Source of the DNA: Podarcis liolepis
Taxonomy: Eukaryota
Assembly (NCBI GenBank): GCA_965112155.1
Contig: OZ218106.1
Strand: one strand, 5' to 3'
DNA: 64,000 nucleotides
The notes under the pieces were generated by a model. That model was not told the origin of the DNA, made no database searches, and saw nothing but the letters and a program-made list of their open reading frames with translations. Shown here in pieces: positions 11,797 through 24,850 of the stretch (position 1 is the first letter of the stretch; the number at the start of each line of letters is the position of its first letter). The translations under genes and the position numbers were made by a program.

Positions 11797-12209
11797 CCCC
11801 CCTTTAAAAAAACTAACAAACCACACATAGTTTTCTTGTAGAAATAAGCATCCATACCAAAGGAAATCAGTGCCTATTCCACCAGTCAGGGCAGTGATTG
11901 CTAGTCAACTGAAATGTAAGTTGTATTTCTGGCAAAAAAAGGGGAAATAAAAAAAACCTACTTAGTTGATCAGCCTATGCAATGCTGGGAAATGTAGCAG
12001 GGTGTTAACTGTGTTTCTTAACTCTGCCATACTGCTGGGTGGCAGAATGCTACCTTTGCAACTTTCCTTATTTCTGTAAGTTAGCATGTAAGGTTCTGAC
12101 TTTTAATATGAAAGCAGAATACATGCAGTGAGAAGCCTGGACTCACAGACTTCTATGATTTCAGCCCTGGTGTGGACAAATTAGGATGCAGCTGTAGGAT
12201 TCATTTATA

Positions 12210-12450
12210 CAATCAAATCTCGGTTCTTGAACGGCTCTGTTTTCAAACTTTTCAGCTCCTGAATGCAAAAAACCCAGAAGTAAATGCTCCGGTTTTCGAA
12301 CATTTTTCGGAACCTGAATGTGTGACGCGGCTTCCGCTTGAATGCAAGAAGCTCTTGCAACCAATTGGAAGCCACTCCTCGGTTGTCAAACGTTTCGGAA
12401 GTTGAACGGTCTCCCAAAACGGATTATGTTCAACAACTGAGGTTTGACTA
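12210..12450. mobile_element. Tigger/pogo-like MITE
   Basis: Imperfect TIRs caatcaaatctcggtt and aactgaggtttgacta, flanked by TA; interior resembles 39071-39312. Confidence 0.7.
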
Positions 12451-12615
12451 TATCCTCATTTTACTGTGGTGTAGTATTTCTTGAACTACTCAGCCATAAT
12501 TAGACATTATGTTGAGAAAATCTTAGCTACACTAACATACCACAGACATGCCAATGCTATTGCTACCAGAGGTAATGGCAAACCCTGGGCTAGAGATGCT
12601 TGTCTCCTTTAATTT

Positions 12616-12617
<2 letters not shown>

Positions 12618-12660
<43 letters not shown>
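12618..12660. repeat. (ATT)n microsatellite at the end of a minus-strand retroposon fragment
   Basis: Direct reading. Confidence 0.9.
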
Positions 12661-14176
12661 GCTTTTCACCATGAGGTCCCAGGATTGGTCAGCACAGTGT
12701 AAAATACAACATTGAAAACAGTTTAAAACAAATTGCAATCACAACTAGAGTGGGTTCTTGTTTCACCATAATTGTTTATATTGAGGTTTGTAAATCCACT
12801 TGAAACCATTTCCTATTTTGATTAACCAACAAGTCATGAACCATAGTTTATCAGTTCAGATATTTCAGAAATCCAAAGTTAAATTTAGTTAATAGCTTGT
12901 CTAAATTGAGCCTTACGTCTTAGTCAAATGTAATGCTGCACATTGTTTGACATTATGTGCATGAACCTAGAACTCTGCACTCCCTCCTTCCCCTGACACA
13001 TGGCAAGTCCCTACCTCTGATACATGTTTGTCTTGGGGTTTGTCCCAGCTTACAAACCAAGCTTGATCCTAGTCTACAGGCAAGTGCAAATTACAGTTTA
13101 CTTGTATGTATAAAATTGCAAGCTATAGTTTGCTGCAAATAAGGATTGAAGAAGAAAGCAGAAGCATGTAGTCTGTAGTTTCTAAGGGTTTGTTTTGGCA
13201 ACATCTAACTATAGCCTGCCATAATGTCTAAATGTAAACTTCTAAAAAACTTTTTAATTTTTTTTAAGGTAAAATAGTTCCCAATTTGGGGAATGGAGGG
13301 AGTTGGGTTTTTTTAACCATTTCAAATACCTTCTGAATTTGATGCAAATCTCTGACATTTGTGTTCATTTTGGAATTGCTCAATCATCCCTTGCTCCCAG
13401 GTCCTCTTTCTCAAATCTTCCCATAACTGTGGGTCAGTTGCATGGAGGACTGGCAACAGTAAATACCTTAGGCTTAGGACCTGGGCATACCAGCAGTTCC
13501 CTTTGTTGTCACTGAGCAGCGGAGGAAATGTAGCTTGCTGTGTGAAAACTCAAAATCTGGGGCATCTGCTGTCCCCTCCTTAACCAGGTTAAATTGGGGG
13601 GAAGAAGCAGTGGGATCCAAATTCTTGTCTAAGCCTTAATTCATGCTGTATCAGACCCAGGTTGGTTCTGAATGGAGCCCTGGGGACTTTGTGGCACTAA
13701 GTTGTGCTTGATACCACACATTTTCCTAACATGCTGTTAGGGCTAGCTCAGTTTATTGATGAGGACAATGATAATAGAAAGCCGTTTGCTAGAAACTGTT
13801 ACGTTTTATTATCATCTCATAACTATATTCACCAAATTTGGCTTGTTGAGTAAACTGTTGCAAGAAGTGGCTTCTATATGTAAGGTATCCCAAACTTAAG
13901 AGATATTCTCTAAGGCAGAAATTATAAAACTCTGTCCTAAATGTCCTAAACACATTTATTTAGAATGCAGTTGCATTGAACTTGATGGAACTCGTTTCAT
14001 TCTTAAGCCTTCCAAATGGCAGAGGGATACTTGAAGTCAAAGCAAATCCTTTAGGAAAGAAATTAGATATAAGTACTATATTGACCCAATCAAGGTGCAT
14101 TCTAGACCACAAGTTATATTGCCCTCTCCAGTTCCTAATAGAAACCACTTTGTCTTTGTAAACCATTGGTATATAG

Positions 14177-14534
14177 CAGGCACATCCAACTCCCAAGAGA
14201 CTGCGAACTACTCCCAGTAGAGCCAAAGTTGTTGACCTTTTTTTAGGGGGGGACGAAGCCAAAGACCTTTTTTAGGGGGGGGGGACAAAGCTTCTTTTAG
14301 GGAGGAATAGCAAAGCATGTTAGCTTTATTTTTTTGGGGGGGGGGACACCGTTCACCTATAACAACAATGTTTTCTAACTCGTTGGCAAAATACCCATTT
14401 GACACAACAAAGGAAAAGAGCAGTGGGGGGGGGCGGGAACTTTCACTCCATTGTTTATCACTACTGCCGATCTATAGGGATCCCGCGGTGCACCACAGTC
14501 ATCCAGGGATCGATCTACTGGTTGGACACCCCTG
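14177..14534. mobile_element. Non-autonomous hAT element
   Basis: Ends CAGGCACATCCAAC and GTTGGACACCCCTG; 8-bp TSD gtatatag/gcatatag. Confidence 0.7.
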
Positions 14535-14756
14535 GCATATAGCACCTGGTTCACAAATGTAAGTGAAATGTATGATGCAGACTGCAAAGCTGTACTGTGT
14601 TAAGTCATCATAATAGAATCTCATGACACCATAAACTAGATTCTAGGCTGTCAAATGCCTTGTTATAGAGGAGCTTGATATGTTGTTATAATGCCTACAA
14701 GTTCGTTTATCTGGGATCTTTACATGGATTTCCCTTTTTATTCAAACATTTCTAAG

Positions 14757-14865
14757 GACTTGAAGCACTCAATACCAGCTGGACTTGGTCTGTCTGAAAC
14801 CCAAATTACATCACATGGCTTTGACAGTACCAAAGAGGGAATCATTGAAGCTGGACCATTTCAAG
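14757..14865 (+). CDS. ARFIP1: Arfaptin-1 coding exon, DLKHSIPAGLGLSETQITSHGFDSTKEGIIEAGPFQ(G)
   Basis: 109 bp, tctaag| acceptor, G|gtaagt donor; matches ARFIP1. Confidence 0.96.
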
Positions 14866-15273
14866 GTAAGTAATTACTGATTAACTAAGAATATTTACTA
14901 CAAATACATTAATGATAGAAAAGGGATTCTATGTAGTATTCATTGTTACTCATTTGTATGTTTAAAAAAAAAAAGCACTTTGGCCGGAGAATATGTCTAT
15001 TCGCAATTCATTCAATGAATTTGTACATGAAAAACTCTGCTGAGTTCTAAAGGCTAGTTCATGGTGGTGGTGGTGAGATAAATAAATGGTCAGTATACAC
15101 AAAAGGGCTTGCCCTGTGGAGCAGCCCCCATAATGGAGCTGCCTCTGTTTCAAAGCAGCCCTAACATGAAATGTTGATGTACAAGTTTCAGTCTAGTTTC
15201 TCTAGTATTTTCTGTACATGTAATGTGTTGATCGAATAAGGATGGATTTTCATGGTGTATGTCCCATTTTCAG

Positions 15274-15369
15274 GTCCCTCGTCATTACCCATGTCACCTG
15301 TTGTATCTCCTAGCAGCGCAGCTGCTAGCAGACTGGCTGAACAAGGGAGTGATTTAATTATGCCGAAAG
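15274..15369 (+). CDS. ARFIP1: Arfaptin-1 96-bp cassette exon, (G)PSSLPMSPVVSPSSAAASRLAEQGSDLIMPK(G)
   Basis: ttttcag| acceptor, AAAG|gtattc donor, symmetric phase 1-1. Homologous to the 32-aa segment that distinguishes the long and short mammalian arfaptin-1 isoforms. Confidence 0.92.
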
Positions 15370-15766
15370 GTATTCAGAGGTTTAAGCAGATAACACTCTG
15401 GCTTATACAATACTAACTCCCAAGTTAGCAGATAATTCGTTATGATTCCTTTACTTGCTATTGCTAAGCATAACAGCTGCTTTTTCATGGTTCTGTCACT
15501 TGGCAAAGTAACCAGTGCATTTTTCTTTCTGTATACTATCTTTCTTTACTATTAAACATGATCAAACAAATATTATCATCAGGAGAATGATTTGAGGAAT
15601 GACCTTGCTACTGCAGTTTTCTCTTGTAGTGGTAGTAGTGTTCCATTATAACAGGAATATATAATTTCCAAGGCTATACCATGGACTGCTTGGCTTTGAT
15701 CAAGTTAGTCTAGTGTTGGTACTTCGTTCTGAAAGGGTAGAGTATTTCCCAGGTCTATTGTACAAG

Positions 15767-15900
15767 GCAGCCTCCCCCATCCAGGTGCCATCCAGATGTT
15801 TTGGACACCTCCCATCATTCTTGGACATTGGCCATGCCAGCTGCGGCTGATGGCAGTTTAGCCCAAAACCCATTTAGGACATCAGGTTGGGGAAGGCTTT
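15767..15900. mobile_element. Decayed URR1-like hAT MITE
   Basis: ccatccagatgttttggac...tcccatcat...gatggcagtt...cccaaaa resembles 28643-28767. Confidence 0.6.
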
Positions 15901-17147
15901 TGTGTGTAGGGTATTCTGCAGACATTATTTGAGATATGATGAAGTTGAGAGTATGTGTCAGTGATCAGCACTGAAATCTCTAAATGTACCTGAGACCTTC
16001 ATGTTTTAGCCTTTTAAAAATTAAATTCATGCATGGTTGGAATTGTGAACATATTTTAAAGGTTATAGAAAGCACTTGCTATCCAGTAATTGTATGAGCC
16101 ACTTAGAATGAATTGATAATACTTTGGTTTACAGCAATTTAAAATCTGCTTGCTTGTGGCTCTGCTGGATCATCTGTAGAAATCAAATGAATTGATACCT
16201 TCCTAAAGTTGCTATTGGTTGTTAATGTTTAGGTCATAGCCCAAACATGTTCCTACTGGATTGTTAGCTTTCACATAGCAAACATCTCAGGTTGCAGCTT
16301 TTAGAATTGCAGGAGCTGGTGTGCTTCTTCTCAACATGCTCTATCCTGTATACTAAAATAACATCATCTGTGGGAGTCAACACCATCCTGACAGTTCATC
16401 TTTGTACTAGCAAGCTGCAATGCCACACACTTTTTTTTAAGTTAGCTATGAGTATTGCTATGAAGGAACATATCATAAAACTGGTATAGGTGAGGCATAT
16501 GTTGCAATTTGGAATGTTTTCCAACAATTCTGTGCTTGTTTTTGGTGGGTGTTTGTAAAAAGAGCAGACTTTATGCACTCCCTATCTGCAGTTCAATGCC
16601 ACTAAATATAGAGTGCTGATGGTAACATTTTAAAATTCACAGCCTTGGTTGCAATTCTTTTACTAACTTCTACTTATGGTTGGGTTCCACTGCTCTCTTA
16701 ATTTTGAAGGTCATGGTAAAAAATCGTTTCAAAATTATTGAGATGCCTAACTGAATCATTGCATGAATTTGGGATAATAATTCTGATTTGGAATATGGTG
16801 CACTGAAAAAGCCTTCTGGTTGATGAAACTGCAATGTGGCTGCTTTCTCTCCTCTACCTTGCAGTGTATTTGTAGTCATCACTAGAGTCACTTTAGAAGC
16901 ACTGTGTGATTCTTCACACATGTCTTCTGAGCATAAAAACATCTGAAAGGGGTGATTCATCACGTGCAAACACATGGTAGGCACATCCTAGGTTCACCAC
17001 AGCTCACATGGTGGACATACTGGAAAGACATCTGCTTTAAAAAATTGGAAGCCTTCTTGAGTAATGGGGTGCTATAGAAGTAAGATGGGGTTGGAAGGAA
17101 GAGTGAGCAGCACTCAAGCATGCTGTACAGGTATTTAACTGTCAGAG

Positions 17148-17148
<1 letters not shown>

Positions 17149-17192
<44 letters not shown>

Positions 17193-17200
17193 CATCTATC
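17149..17200. repeat. (TATC)n tetranucleotide microsatellite
   Basis: ~13 units with one interruption. Confidence 0.95.
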
Positions 17201-17844
17201 TGTTTGTTTGTATATTAGTTATAGGGAAATTAATTCTGTCTGCATATCTTTTTAAAAGTGAGATGACATAGTTACTATGTCATGTAGATGTCCTCTTGTG
17301 ACTTGATCTTGTTCCTCTCAACTCTGAAACAAGTCCCATAGAGTTCAGCAGACTGGCTTCCAGTTAAATGTGTGTAGGCTTGTAACCATAACTGCTATGC
17401 AGATATTTAAAAGAACAAGTCTTCATAAGCTTTACTGCAACACATGCCTTTAGTGAAAATACAAGATGCTGCATATTTTCCACATGCTGAGAGAATTGTT
17501 AATTCATCAGTGTACTTGGACATTAGTTCATATTGTGAACAATGCAACAGCTGGCAAATGCAGTAATTAATTGAGTCTGCTTTGTAGCATTTTCTAATAT
17601 CCTGTCCGTATTGGATAATTTGTCAAAGTATTTTAAAGCTTCTTAATTAAGATCTCCAAATTACTGACTATTGTAACTTAAATCCAAATACCCAAGCAAT
17701 CTTGTTCTTTAAGGTTCACCATAATATTAACACAGAGATTAGTGTGCTATTCACTTCAGAATGAAGCGGGAAATGCTTTACTTTGTAGCCTTCTGTTTAA
17801 GTGGCACACTTCAGCATGCCTATTTACATCTGGTTTCTAAACAG

Positions 17845-17957
17845 GCAATCTAAGAATGCAGCAGAAAAGTGGACCAGTTGTGCTAGCAGAGGAGGCGAAG
17901 AACCCAGCCATGGAAAAGCTGGAGCTTGTAAGAAGATGGAGCCTAAATACTTACAAG
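17845..17957 (+). CDS. ARFIP1: Arfaptin-1 coding exon, (G)NLRMQQKSGPVVLAEEAKNPAMEKLELVRRWSLNTYK (amphipathic helix before the BAR/AH domain)
   Basis: 113 bp, aaacag| acceptor, AAG|gtttgt donor; conserved MEKLELVR.WSLNTYK. Confidence 0.96.
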
Positions 17958-20356
17958 GTTTGTATTTCATAGTTGCAGTTTAGATCCCACAGATGCAAGC
18001 TAAGCATTCTCTCTTGGCCTGTTGGCTAAGAGGAAGCACTGTTTCCAATACTTCACATGTAAAAGGATTTGGCATTTTACCAGAATTAGAAGTCTTAAGA
18101 GACTGACGTGCATTTTGAAAATTTAATCTCCTTCTGCTACAGTGACCTCTTGGGATGAAGAGAGGCTTTTGGAATAGTGACATGTAATAAGAACCTAATT
18201 TGTTTTTCTAAAATTTACTTCTTCAAGATTATTTTGAGTACTGTGTGAACTTCTTAATAAAGTGGGCTATTAAGTAATTGCTTTGAAGTTATTTGAATTG
18301 GTCATCTAATAGAACTGCTGAAATTGGCAAGAAATGCAACACGTGTGTAAGATTTACACACAATAAGATCTCTAATTTCATTGTTATGTGTGCTGCTCAT
18401 TATGTAGTCGGTAGATTTTAGATTGGAAAGGAAGGGGCAGTGTGTGTTTTAATGGTGCTGTATTGTGCTTAGGGTGTATAATTTATTACGTCATTTTGCA
18501 GCATATTCCCAGTGAAATTAATATTCACACCTTTAATCTGGAATATACTCTTGTTTACTAGGACAAGACTCTGCCCTACCTATAAAGACTGCTTATACTG
18601 CTACAGCTATATATGTACTTAAAATAGAAAACAAACTATTTTTGCTTCTGAGTTATGTTTTTTCTTACTAGCATAATTATACTAAAGGCAGCGGGAGGTA
18701 TTCTTCCAAACCTGGGAAGGATATTTTATTTATTTACACCATTTGTATACCACTTAATATACAAAAATGTATCTTAGCGGTGTACAGTAAACTAAAACAG
18801 CACCAACAAACGTTACAAAAATACCAGGGAAACCATTCATATAGCTTACTAATAAATAAAGACTGCTATAAATTCCTTCTTCTGACACATTTCTTCCTTG
18901 AGCACCTCTCAGTCGCCTGGCTCTCACCCATGGCCCAAACAAACTCACTGATTACTCCAAAAATCTCACATCAAAGAAGGTCCGTAGAAACTGGCGACAT
19001 CACCGTAGTTTCCAACTTTAGGCACCAAGGAAACGCTAGGATGCCAAACTTTTTCAGCTTAGGAAAATGTAGTATAAGTAACCATTAATGGATTTCTTCC
19101 TCATATAGCTAGTTCAAAGACACATTACATCTTTCCCATATGTATGTGCGCCTCACATGGAGAAACTTAATGTGCCTGTCTATACCTATTCATAGATGAG
19201 CTCATTTATAAATGAGTGACAAAATGTGTCCATGGGCTGACTGTTACCTTGCCCTCAGCTTTGTGCACCTCACTTCTGCATGCTGACATAGCATGTTAAG
19301 GCTGATTTGCATGCATTATTTCAACAAAGTTCAGGCTCACATGCTTAGATTCCCTCCCTCATTTTCTGATTCACAGCAATTACAGTATATAAATGCCACT
19401 TTCAACATGGGAGTGGCTAACTGGCTATATCCGTGATCCATGACTTCCACATTGTTTTTTTCCATTTACATGTATACCTATTGAAAGTTAGAATTTCTTT
19501 CAATGCGGAATCAGGAAATTGTATTGTGTGTGAAGTGGGCCATATGGAACTTGGTAATTTTAAGCAGGGTTGTGAATTGGCTCCCTGCTCTCAGAGTCTA
19601 TTATGTGCATCCCAAATCATTCTGTGCTTTCATGTTTGATCTTTTTTGTTGATGGAAAATTTTAAGAATTATGATTGTTTCAAAACTTGCTGCTGTATTT
19701 GCTCTTGATCATGTTTTCTGTTTATCTGCTCACCGTTTGGCTGCCTCATCAGTTGCTGAGGACAGTATTCCTCGTTAAAGTTCCTGCAACTTTTTAAAAA
19801 AATGCAGTGGTTTCTTTCTTCACATTTCATTGTGGCCCTGTGCTTGGTTTACTATTCAGAATATTGGTGAGTTTCTTTGTGTGTTACAGCATATTTACTT
19901 AAGCCCACACAGAAGATTGACTAATACTAAAATCTGCTCTCTATTTTTCAGGATGAATTGAAATCTTTTTAATGAGCTTTTTCAGTCTCGAATGGCTACA
20001 TAGCAGCAGTAACCCAAAATGACACTTTTACCCTTTAATCTGAAAAATACACTTGTTCTTTTTTCACATACAGAACCAGTATGAATTGTACTAGCTTGCT
20101 CTAATTGGCTTTTCACAGAGTTAAGTGAGTGGAATACATACTACAGGGATCACAGATCTACTTTTTAGAGTTATAGATCAACATTTGAATCACTAGTGTG
20201 GTGTACTCAGTATTTTAATATAATTTTTGGAGTCCTAAACAGGCTACGAATTGTGAAGAAAGCTTTTTGGGTGTGTTTTATTTATTTAGCAAAATATTTA
20301 TACTGCCTGATTGTAAGAAAATTGTAATTTTACACTTTGTTTTGCAAACTTTGCAG

Positions 20357-20578
20357 TGTACTCGCCAGATTATCTCTGAGAAGCTGGGTCGAGGCTCACG
20401 AACAGTAGATTTGGAATTGGAAGCTCAAATAGAAATACTGAGGGATAACAAAAAGAAGTACGAGAACGTCCTGAAATTGGCACAAACATTGTCCACACAG
20501 CTTTTCCAGATGGTGAATACCCAAAGACAGCTGGGAGATACATTTGCAGACTTGAGTTTGAAATCATTAGAACTCCAT
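20357..20578 (+). CDS. ARFIP1: Arfaptin-1 coding exon, CTRQIISEKLGRGSRTVDLELEAQIE...LSLKSLELH (AH/BAR domain)
   Basis: 222 bp inside ORF 20267-20590; ttgcag| acceptor, CAT|gtaagc donor. Confidence 0.97.
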
Positions 20579-21902
20579 GTAAGCATTTAATTGCAATAGA
20601 AAAATAGTAAAGTTACAGGAAAATTGGAAATGCCTCCATTTGTTTAGTCTAATTTTTAGTACGATTGCCTGATAACAGATAGCATAATTTAAAAAAAGAG
20701 AACAGCATGAATTGTTGCCTTGCATGTTAATCACTAGCTTTCTCGCTCAGTGGGGCGGGGGAGCCTTTTTTACTTATCAGGTCAGATCACCTGGTGTTAC
20801 AACTATTTCAGTGGACACCATCTCCCTGCCTAGAGAAAAGAAAGGGGATGGACAACTGAAATTGCAGCTAAAATGGAGCAAAAGTATCCCTGACCAGGAA
20901 GGGAGTTCGCATTGAAATCCACAGCAGGGTTCAACTCCTTGTGCATCCTGATTTCTGCAGGGTTCAAATATGCAAGCTAGTTCCTGGGGTGGGGGGGGTG
21001 GGGAACCTAGCTCATGCACTTGAGCCCCACAGGATTAAACTTGCCAGACAAGAGCCGATGTGCAGATATTTTGGTCCTGCATTCCCTAGGGGTTGGCTGT
21101 GTAAGCAGCTGATCCAACCATGTGTCCACCTGCCCCACATCTAACATCACATGACATCAGTTGTGAGCCATGTGGGAATGGTTTTGGCAAATGGCTTCAC
21201 AAGCCAAGTGGGGAGGCCTGGTAGCCCAAATCTGGCACATAGGCTGGGGTTCCCCATGCCTGCTCTAGCTAATCTCTGCACATTTGTTTCAATTTTTGCA
21301 ATAAGCTAATTTAGGGCAGAAGCTGTACCTATTTGTGCTTAAGGTTAAGCCATGGTTTCTTATACAAACCGTGAGTTATTCCACAGATGATCAGACAACA
21401 GTTTCTCCAAAACTTGCTTTGTTTTTCAGCTAGTTTTGCCTTGTGCCTTTGTAGTTTGGTGAGCATTTGGGATGCAGTAGCCCAACTAGCCAATAATGCT
21501 TGAGTGTTTGTGCATTACACTAAGCCATAGTTAAAACAAATCAAGTTCATAAGCTAAAAATAAACCATGGCTTCAGATGATGATTTGCTGGAAGTAAATG
21601 AACCATAATTAAACCACTGGGTATGATTTGCACGTATTAGCTAAGCCATGGATTAATAAAATTACCGTAGTGTTATGTACAAACAGGACACCACAATTTT
21701 TACCCATAGAAAAGCCATTCATTCCACTTTTAAAATGATTATAGACTTGTGGCATATAGAATAAAGTTCTTACAAATTGAGAATTCAATTTTGTGAGAGA
21801 AGCTAATCAGTAAGCTAACACAGGCTATTTTAAGGCTTTGAAGTCTCTTGATTGCTATGAATAGTGTCAATAATTTGGCGTTTAATAAATAATGGAAAGT
21901 TA

Positions 21903-22029
21903 CAGTTACAGATAGGTAGCCGTGTTGGTCTGCCATAGTCAAAATAAACAAATTCCTTCCAGTAGCACCTTAAAGACCAACTAAGTTAGTTCTTGGTATG
22001 AGCTTTCGTGTGCATGCACACTTCTTCAG
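21903..22029. mobile_element. Short retroelement fragment (Penelope-like terminal sequence) with 14-bp TSD
   Basis: ATAATGGAAAGTTA at 21889-21902 and 22030-22043. Interior gtagccgtgttggtctg...tagcaccttaaagaccaac...gagctttcgtg...cttcttcaga has an inverted relative at ~38110-38195. Confidence 0.75.
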
Positions 22030-22083
22030 ATAATGGAAAGTTAAGCATTCAAAAACACTGTTATATTTCCAATCTCTTAACAG

Positions 22084-22241
22084 GAGGAATTTGGATACAA
22101 TGCAGATACTCAGAAACTTCTTGCTAAAAACGGTGAAACTCTACTTGGGGCAATTAACTTTTTTATTGCTAGTGTGAACACTTTGGTGAACAAAACTATT
22201 GAGGACACGTTAATAACCGTGAAACAATATGAAAGTGCCAG
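22084..22241 (+). CDS. ARFIP1: Arfaptin-1 coding exon, [52 protein letters not shown](R)
   Basis: 158 bp, taacag| acceptor, AG|gtaatg donor. Confidence 0.97.
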
Positions 22242-24675
22242 GTAATGGATTATACAATATTATCTGATGTCTTCCTGAAGTATGTAGTTTTAACACATAG
22301 GCTAGTTGTTTGTTGAATTTTGAGTTCAGATATCATTAAGACATACTGTCCACAGAAACAAATTCAAATATACAGTCTGAGGCATTTTTACCCCGCTGTT
22401 TAGCCCGAAAGCCCTCACCAGCTTACATGAGATCAATAGCAAACAAAGCAGTCCCTGCCCTTGGGCTTAAGACATGACATAAAAGGAAACAGGGATGTGG
22501 AGGACATGTGAAAACTACCCAACTGATGCACCAGTTACAAATTTATAAGTATGTCAGGAAACCATATTATGTAGCTACAGCCTTTTTCATACCTTTTCTT
22601 TCTGGTCCTTTTCCACTGCTGAAGAAGCAAGCTGCTGTTCATCTTCGAAATTAATCTATTTGAGGGTGTGAGTTGATGTGGGGAACATTTCAGAGAAAGA
22701 TCTGGCTATGCCATAGTTTCCAGTACTTGCTTGTAAATGACTTTATTTTTATCTTACTCATTTAATATATACCACTCTGTACTGAAGACAGTCTCTATAC
22801 AGTTTACAAAATAACAATTACAAGACAAGACAAGACAATAAATACTGATAAATTACCATATAATTCACTGCCATAAAACATTTTTAAAAAAGCAGCAAAG
22901 CTACAGATTTTGAGACATCTTTATATAGAGTTCAGCCTCCCTCTTGCCAAGGCACATTCCGACTCACAAAATGAAACACTTACCCCGTTAACACATACAC
23001 ATCACACACACATTCTGCCTGTATTTATATAAATCATACATCACCTACTACTCATTCAGTACCACACACACATCCACCAGTACACACAATCACTCTCCCA
23101 CTCAGTCACAACCGCTATCACCCGTCACTCCTTCCACTCAACAAAAATGTACTGCAGAAGCACCAGGAGACAATGAAACCATTCACTGACAGAACCACAT
23201 AAATGACACTACACATTGCCACCCATCCGTCACTCAGAGATTCGCTGTTACTGATAGCAATCTGGCTCTCACCCGGATTGCTCTGTCTCACCCAAAGATG
23301 TGTTGAACTGCACACACCCCTCCCTGGTACTTCTTTCTGTCACCAAAGGGCCCTCAGACAATTAAACCCATGCAAGAGGCATTCCAAAAGGCAAAACTTG
23401 AAGGAGGGGCGCTCAGCCTTGCTGGTTCTGTAGCTCTCTGAGTGGATGGCAGTCATTAGCTGGTTCCACACTTCCTCTGCAGTTCTGCTCCAACAAAATG
23501 ACTCCCAGGGCACCCAGTTGCAAAGTCATAAAAAAGTCAGTATCTCCCTCATAGAGTGCTATAGTCTCATTGACGAGGGGAAGGGTAGAGATCAGTCAAG
23601 GGTGGAAATGCCATCCATTATTGCTTTAAAATATTCTAAAGCAAGGGTGGGAAACCTGTAGCCCACAGGCCAAGGTTGGCCTCCTAGACCTCTCTATTTG
23701 GCCTGCTGAGCCATTTTCCCTAAACCACATTGGAGCAGGTATCAACATGCCTACAAAGTAATAATTAGGAGCTTAAAGTTTGCTATTGATTTTTCCTCTA
23801 CTGGAGAAAGGTGCGCTCCCGCCACTTGTTGGGTGCACCTTGCTCATACAGCACCAAAGGTTTGCCTTGAAACGCTGTTAAAATGAAGCTTGTTCTTTGC
23901 ATTTTAGCAACAGTTTCAAGGCAGACTGCTTGGTGCTATAGGAGCAGCAAAGCCCCACATACTGTGGTTCCCAAGTGCCCAACAACCAACTGGCTGTGGG
24001 GTGCTTAGGAAGTGCTGTGCAATGGACTTTCATGGATGGGACAGCCCACCTGCCAGTCTTCAATCATAATGAAGTCAGGTGATTGACAGATGGGTTGTAC
24101 TATCAAAGCTGGCCCATGTGGTTTGGTCAGATAAAGATATGGCTCATCAAGCCAAAAAACGATTGCCACCCGTGTTCTGTAGCTTACAGTATTGCAAAAT
24201 ACCCTGCATGCTCCCATGAGCATTATTGTTGAAACCTGCAATATGAATGCTATCTGATCTCCCCTGCTCATTTATAACCAATTCCTACCAGGCACAGAAA
24301 GTGGAACTATTTGTAAGAGGCTCCAGATGACAAAATAAAAGATTTTAGCTTCCCCCATATTATCATACATTTGTAATCTTTTGAAAACATCTGTTACATG
24401 TATTGGTGAGACCCAGGGTAGTGTGAGAAGAGCAATAGATTGCTGTTAAGTAAGCAGACAGACTTATTGGTTATCACTCTGTGATTACTTCGGTCCATGT
24501 CATATTCCCAAATGGGAGCCTTTGTTCCCTTTTTCTGATTGCAAGAACTGATACCTGGGTTACTTGCGTGGACAGGGATGATATGTAAGCCTTTAAAATG
24601 GGGGGCAGAATTATATGTGTTTCTATTGCTCCATGGAAATATGCACAGGTCATTTTAATTCTTTCTTCTTCTCAG

Positions 24676-24850
24676 GGTTGAATATGATGCTTATCGCACA
24701 GATCTAGAGGAGCTGAATCTTGGCCCACGAGATGCAAACACATTGCCAAAAATTGAGCAGTCGCAACAACTATTCCAAATACATAAGGAGAAATATGACA
24801 AAATGCGCAATGATGTATCAGTTAAATTGAAGTTTTTGGAGGAAAACAAG
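24676..24850 (+). CDS. ARFIP1: Arfaptin-1 coding exon, [58 protein letters not shown]
   Basis: 175 bp, long pyrimidine tract then ctcag| acceptor, AAG|gtaagg donor. Confidence 0.97.
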
